A stretch of 64,000 nucleotides of DNA from an uncultured Chloroflexia bacterium (GTDB taxonomy: Bacteria; Chloroflexota; Limnocylindria; Limnocylindrales; CSP1-4). The DNA lies in assembly GCA_963706695.1 (NCBI GenBank), contig CAVPNC010000015.1, positions 874 through 64,873 of the forward strand. The letters run 5' to 3'. Below, piece after piece: positions 59,093 to 64,000 of the stretch. The translations under genes and the position numbers were made by a program. Every line of letters begins with the position of its first letter. Position 1 is the stretch's first letter. A model generated the notes under the pieces. The model searched no databases. It was not told the DNA's origin and was given only the letters and a program-made list of their open reading frames with translations.

Positions 59093-59968
59093 TCACTGCA
59101 GGTCGATCCCCGCCAGGTAGTCGCGGAACTCACCCCGGATGTCATCGCGGTCGAGCGCGAGCTGGACCGAGGCCTTGAGCCAGCCCATGGTCGTACCGGC
59201 GTCGTGTCGCGTGCCCTCGAAGGCGTAGGAGAAGACCTCCTGCTCCCGCATCAGGGCCTCGATGGCATCCGTCAGCTGGATCTCACCGCCGGCGCCGGCC
59301 TGCGTCTGCTCCAGCTTCTCGAAGATCTTGGGCGTGAGCACGTAGCGGCCGATGATAGCTTTGTTGCTGGGCGGATCCGCCGGCGGCTTCTCGACCATGC
59401 CCCGAATGCGGTTGAGCCGGTGGTCGGGATCGTGCCACTCGGGGTCGATGTCCACGATGCCGTAGCGAACCGTCTCCTCAGGTGGCACTTCCATCACCGC
59501 CAGCGTGGAGCCACCCGTGTGCTGGTAGGCATCGATGAGCTGGCCGATGCAGGAGCGCTCCGCCTGCACCACGTCGTCGGAGAGGATGACCGCGAAGGGC
59601 TCATGCCCGACCAGCTCCTTGGCCATGAGCACCGCGTGACCCAGGCCCAGCTGCTCCTTCTGGCGCACGTAGCTGACCTGCGCCATGTCGCCGATCTGGC
59701 GGACCCGGCGCAGCATCTCGATGTCGCCCTTGGTCTCCAGCAGGTGCTCGAGCTCGAAGCTGTGGTCGAAGTGGTCCTCGATGGCGCGCTTCTGGCTGCT
59801 GGTGACGATGATGACCTGCTCGATGCCGGCGGCCACGGCCTCTTCGACCGCGTACTGGATGACCGGCTTGTCCACCAGCGGCAGCATCTCCTTGGGCTGT
59901 GCCTTGGTGGCCGGGAGGAAGCGGGTCCCCCAGCCTGCGGCCGGGAATACTGCCTTGCGAACGCGCAT
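59093..59968 (-). CDS. galU: UTP--glucose-1-phosphate uridylyltransferase
   Basis: KAVFPAAGWGTRFLPATKAQPKEMLP, LGLGHAV, VEKP and GEIQLTDA motifs. Confidence 0.95.
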   Translation of the reverse strand: MRVRKAVFPAAGWGTRFLPATKAQPKEMLPLVDKPVIQYAVEEAVAAGIEQVIIVTSSQKRAIEDHFDHSFELEHLLETKGDIEMLRRVRQIGDMAQVSYVRQKEQLGLGHAVLMAKELVGHEPFAVILSDDVVQAERSCIGQLIDAYQHTGGSTLAVMEVPPEETVRYGIVDIDPEWHDPDHRLNRIRGMVEKPPADPPSNKAIIGRYVLTPKIFEKLEQTQAGAGGEIQLTDAIEALMREQEVFSYAFEGTRHDAGTTMGWLKASVQLALDRDDIRGEFRDYLAGIDLQ

Positions 59969-60113
59969 CGATCCTCCATGAATGCGGCCGGGCCGTGCCC
60001 CGGTCTCGGCGGTCGGCGCAGGTGTCTCCGACGCGATCAGAAGCGAGTGTAGCGCGGAGACGTCCTCGGCTCAGGGGTCGGTCGTCACGTCCTTTGCGGT
60101 CGCTCGGACGTGG

Positions 60114-61079
60114 TCACTCCGCCGTGACGGCGACGGTGGCCCCAGGCCGCGACACGGGAGCGAGCTGGACCAGCGCCGCGCCCACCAGCACGAGCAGCCC
60201 ACCGGCCAGCTGTACCAGCGTCGGCTGTTCGGCCAGCAGCAGCGCCGCGAGGAAGGCACCGGTCACGGGTTCGACCAGCATCAACACGGCGCCGCGCGTC
60301 GGTCCTACGCGACGGTAGCCGGCGATGATGAGCACAGCCGGGATCGCGGCCCCGATGACACCGGCGGTGAGGATGAGGGCCCACGCCTCGGGTGAGCCGA
60401 TCGGATCGGTGATGGTGCTGCCCTGGCCCAGGAGATACAGCAGTGGCACCAGCAGGACCCCGTAGAGCGCAGCCGAGAACAGGCGCAGGAGCGCGGCCGA
60501 CTGGAGCGGGGGCACGGAGCGGAAGCCGCCGGCGCCGACCAGGGCGAAGCCGGTCTGGCAGAGCGACGCCACCAGCGCCAGCCCCACGCCGATCACGTCG
60601 ATGCCGGTCCCGCCATCTGTCGGGGCCGCGAGGAGCATCACCAGGCCGACGCCGGAGAGGGCGATGGCTGCGAGCTTGCGCCAACCGAGGTGCTCGCCGA
60701 AGAGGGGGACGGCCCCGACCGCTACCCACGCCGGGAAGGTGTAGAAGACGATGAGCGCCGTGGCGATGGTGGTGCGCTCGAAGGCGAAGAAGAGCGAGAC
60801 GGTGGTGCCGGCCACGAAGACGCCCATGACCGCCAGCTGCAGCCACTCGCTGCGTGGGATGCTCGAGAGGCGCGTGAACGGCACCTTGCGCAGGGCCACA
60901 CCCACGGCCAGGAAGACTAGCAGCGCGATGACCGACGAGGTCGCGCGCCAGACGGCGAAGCCGACGGCGGTGAAGCCGACGTCAGAGGCGAAGCGCGCCA
61001 GCGGGCCCAGCGTGCCGAAGCCCATGGCGGCGATGACGATGAAGATGACGCCGACCCGATCCAGGCGGTCGCGCGTCAG
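60114..61079 (-). CDS. DMT/EamA-family transporter
   Basis: About ten TM segments, YTFPAWV..., EPV and EQPT.. motifs; start codon uncertain. Confidence 0.85.
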   Translation of the reverse strand: MTRDRLDRVGVIFIVIAAMGFGTLGPLARFASDVGFTAVGFAVWRATSSVIALLVFLAVGVALRKVPFTRLSSIPRSEWLQLAVMGVFVAGTTVSLFFAFERTTIATALIVFYTFPAWVAVGAVPLFGEHLGWRKLAAIALSGVGLVMLLAAPTDGGTGIDVIGVGLALVASLCQTGFALVGAGGFRSVPPLQSAALLRLFSAALYGVLLVPLLYLLGQGSTITDPIGSPEAWALILTAGVIGAAIPAVLIIAGYRRVGPTRGAVLMLVEPVTGAFLAALLLAEQPTLVQLAGGLLVLVGAALVQLAPVSRPGATVAVTAE

Positions 61080-62138
61080 GGCTTGGTCGCTTCCCCGGCC
61101 TCGGTGCGCCGACCCCAGAGCACGATGTTGGTGAACGGCACCCGGATCTCCGTGAAGGTCTCCGTCGAGACCAGGAACCCGGCCAGCAGGAAGAGCACGC
61201 TCAAGAGCTTGCCCAGCTGGAACCACTCGGTCGATCCGAAGCGATTGAGGCTATCGGTCACCGCGGGGATGAACGCACCGATGGCGATGAGCAGGGTGGC
61301 GGGGACACGACTGTTGATGTTGCCCGTGAAGAGAGCCTTGAGCGCCCCCGGCAGCGAGGCCGCGAAGTTGACGACGATGGCGACCGGCGCGGTAAGCAGG
61401 CCGAACAGGAACTGGTCGCCGGGTTGGTTGGGATCGATCGAGTACTCGAGGATCCGCTTCTTGGGCATGAACACGTAGGCGCTGAACAACGCGCCCAGGA
61501 TCAGCGCGAAGGCGCCGGTGACGTTCATGAAGGGCGTCAGCAGGCGCAGCTCGGGCGGCAGCAGCTCGGCCGTGGGAACGCCCGTCTCCGGATCGAGGGA
61601 GTAGCCCGGTTCGGGCAGATCGGCCAGGAGCGCAAGCACGATCGACAGCAGCGTCGCCCCAGCCACCGCCACGAAGGCCATCCATGGCCAGCGCCAGTTC
61701 TGGAAGTAGGTCTCCACCGAGACCGCCAGGGCCAGCACCAGGGCCACCAGGAAGTACAGCATCGCGGTGGTGGTGGCGCTCTCGTAGATCTCCGGGATCG
61801 GCGCGCGCGGTGAGGAAGGTGAAGAGGCCGGCGAAGAAGAGGCAGAGCGCAAAGGCGAAGCCGAAGCGCGTGCGCCCCAGGAGGAACGCGTTGCCGAGGC
61901 CCAGCCAGCCGGCCGTCCAGACGGCACCGGTGAGGTACCAGAGCAGATAGATGGGCTGGTTCCAGCCGGCCGCGGCCGCCACGGCCTCGCAGGCGACGGC
62001 GACCCCGAAGAAGAGGATGCCCAGGGCCCAGATGGCTTGGTAGGCACGGCGGCGGGTGCGCCACTGGTCCACCAGCATGACGAAGAAGACGATGGCGAGG
62101 ACAGCCGTCAGCGCGGGCAGGAAGACGTTGGCGTCCAT
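61076..62138 (-). CDS. Integral membrane hypothetical protein (frameshift near 61800)
   Basis: The N-half of ORF 61251..62138 and the C-half of ORF 61076..62047 form one polytopic protein. Confidence 0.75.
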
Positions 62139-62154
62139 CTAGCGCGAGCGGCCC

Positions 62155-62532
62155 CTAGGCCGGAACGAACTCGTGATCCTCGCGGTGGCTTCCGTCGCAG
62201 AGGCCCCAGGCCGGAGGATCGACGGGCAACGGCGTGGGCCGCATCAGCTCTCGCACCTCCGAGAGCCGGCAGACATAGTGGCCACGACGCTGGGCCCACG
62301 CGCGGAAGCACTCGTCCTTGACGTGGAACTCGTGCGGACCCGGGTTGATGGTGGCCGTCTCCGCCCAGCTGGGCGCGGCCTCACGCGCGACGTTATCCAG
62401 GAGGCTGACGCGGAAGGGCGTGCCTTCGATGGGCTCGTTGCAGCCGGCGCAACGCTTGGCGTCGTTCTCGTTGAACACGGTCGGGATCCGGATGCCCATG
62501 ATCCGGCCGCCGCGGAATTGGGTCGCGGTCAC
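62155..62532 (-). CDS. Small Cys/His-rich hypothetical protein
   Basis: CAGC, H....C, C and CDGSH..DH motifs; TACGAT 6 nt before GTG 62532 (ATG 62499 alternative). Confidence 0.75.
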   Translation of the reverse strand: MTATQFRGGRIMGIRIPTVFNENDAKRCAGCNEPIEGTPFRVSLLDNVAREAAPSWAETATINPGPHEFHVKDECFRAWAQRRGHYVCRLSEVRELMRPTPLPVDPPAWGLCDGSHREDHEFVPA

Positions 62533-62694
62533 GAGCCGATCGTAGCAGAGGGGTCCGCTGATCGACGGCGTCGGCCACCCTGGACCGTCACCCACCCTGT
62601 GGCCGTGCTCAGGCGCGTCTCTGCGGCCATCCTCGCCACGAGCCTGGCGCTGCGAGGAGCGTGACCCGCGCAAGCCCATCAGCGCCCAGTCTGA

Positions 62695-62729
62695 GGGCAC
62701 GACCGCCGGGTGCTGCGGCGGTCGTGCCC
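62695..62729. terminator. Probable terminator hairpin
   Basis: 14-bp perfect stem GGGCACGACCGCCG/CGGCGGTCGTGCCC downstream of 62786..63304. Confidence 0.55.
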
Positions 62730-62785
62730 AGGAGTCTCCGCTTGGCTTGAGCGGCACTGCGGAGACGGTGGTATCGGAGTGAGGA

Positions 62786-63304
62786 TCAGCCCATGTCCAC
62801 CGGATGGACCAGGCCATCCACGACCCAGGTGTCGCCGCGCGCAAGGTCAAGCGCGGTGATGTCGAGCGTCGCGCACAGGCCGTCGTAGGCACCATCCCCG
62901 AAGAGCAGGGCGCGGACGTCGACGGGCTCGAAGTCGCTCTGCCTGATGCCGGTGAAGTCGCCGACCCAGGTGCCGTCGTCGCCCTCGATGGTGATCGTGC
63001 CCCAAGCGGGCACGGGCCGGTCGCCGGACGCCTGCACGTCCCAGTTCCACTCGGACAGCATGTAGCCGGAGAGGCGTGCGTCGTTGACGTGGTGCGTCGA
63101 TCCGGCCAGCGGATAGTCGCGGTACTGGAAGACCCGGTCGTCGACGGCGAACGTGCCGCCCGGCAAGGGGTGGACCGCAAGCGTACCGGCTACGGGCGCG
63201 ATCTGGTGCTCCATGTCAGCTGGTGTGGCCATCACGGCCGTCGTCGTTCCGCCCACGAGGGAGAGGATCGCGATCGGGAGCATGGCGATCCGAAGGGCCC
63301 GCAT
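62786..63304 (-). CDS. Secreted hypothetical protein
   Basis: AAGGAGG RBS, signal peptide, beta-rich body (DARLSG, GTWVG, GDGAYDGL). Confidence 0.75.
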   Translation of the reverse strand: MRALRIAMLPIAILSLVGGTTTAVMATPADMEHQIAPVAGTLAVHPLPGGTFAVDDRVFQYRDYPLAGSTHHVNDARLSGYMLSEWNWDVQASGDRPVPAWGTITIEGDDGTWVGDFTGIRQSDFEPVDVRALLFGDGAYDGLCATLDITALDLARGDTWVVDGLVHPVDMG

Positions 63305-63573
63305 GACGTGCCTCCTTGACACTACGCGGGCCGGGTTCGCCAGTGGCTCGGGACGACTCAGGCGGCCAACGTACGCGAGTCGTGCTTCTCAGCCTCCCGC
63401 CGGACACACAACGTAGCCCTCCGATAGCATCGGACACAAGTGCCAAAGGCCAAGAACCTCGGCCATGATCCTGCTCGCGAGACGGGCGAGCGCGCGCTCA
63501 TGGCGCCCGAGTGAGGAGCCGATCGAGGCGGTCTGGCGCTCCGGGGCTTGCGACAGGCCGTATCGTTCCGTCC

Positions 63574-63960
63574 ATGAGTCAACAGCCGATGCCCCTCGGG
63601 GCCTTCTCCGTCAGCCTGGCCGTCAAGGATCTCGCCGTCTCGCGGGCCTTCTACAAGAAGCTCGGCTTCGAGGCCGTCCTCGGTGAGCCGGACCAGGGCT
63701 GGCAGATCCTGCGCAACGGTGGCACCACCATCGGCCTGTTCGAAGGCATGTTCGAGCGCAACATCCTGACCTTCAATCCGGGCTGGGACGCCGACGCGCA
63801 GCCGCAGGACGAGTACATCGACGTGCGCGAGCTGCAGGCACGGCTGGAGGCGGCGGGCATGGAGTTCGAGTCCAAGGCCGACCCATCCACCACCGGCCCG
63901 GCCTCCTTCGTCGTGGTCGACCCCGATGGCAACCCGGTGCTGGTGGATCAACACGTCTAG
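63574..63960 (+). CDS. VOC/glyoxalase-family protein
   Basis: SLAVKDL..SRAFY.KLGF, LTFNPGW and DPDGNP motifs. Confidence 0.9.
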   Translation: MSQQPMPLGAFSVSLAVKDLAVSRAFYKKLGFEAVLGEPDQGWQILRNGGTTIGLFEGMFERNILTFNPGWDADAQPQDEYIDVRELQARLEAAGMEFESKADPSTTGPASFVVVDPDGNPVLVDQHV

Positions 63961-64000
63961 GGTCGCCTCCAACCGAGTCCTCGTGGCTTGGGGGCGCGAG

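Overview
A high-GC bacterial chromosome segment, apparently monoderm (PASTA kinase, many leaderless genes, no outer-membrane genes); a Chloroflexota or Actinomycetota-like host is inferred, not proven. The first ~3.9 kb is visibly AT-richer and decayed: an IS5/IS903-type transposase stub, several pseudogenes with in-frame stops, and one intact AAA+/DUF4143 ATPase. The rest is gene-dense. It carries ppk2, a DAGK-family kinase, two tandem secreted proteins built from an unrecognised Cys-containing repeat, a VIT-vWA protein, a cupin/PfkB/FGGY/B3-4/LLM gene run, an MFS transporter and a sulfatase. Next come a strongly divergent purine-nucleoside-phosphorylase homologue facing an Opp/Dpp-type ABC importer, and a complete hdrCBA-mvhDGA [NiFe]-hydrogenase operon with a maturation protease and a HypA lacking its zinc finger. 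Further on are a subtilase with a (PT)n linker, a QueG/RdhA-like Fe-S protein, a C5-epimerase homologue, a candidate sRNA with CUCCUCC loops, and a TetR-controlled ABC exporter with four operators at exact 18-bp spacing. The right end holds lepB, mscL, rplY, a two-component system with HtrA, folC-folP-folB, a PASTA Ser/Thr kinase, galU and three small Cys-rich proteins. Frameshifts cluster at 4.6-10.3 kb and look like long-read consensus errors. No tRNA, rRNA or CRISPR array was seen.
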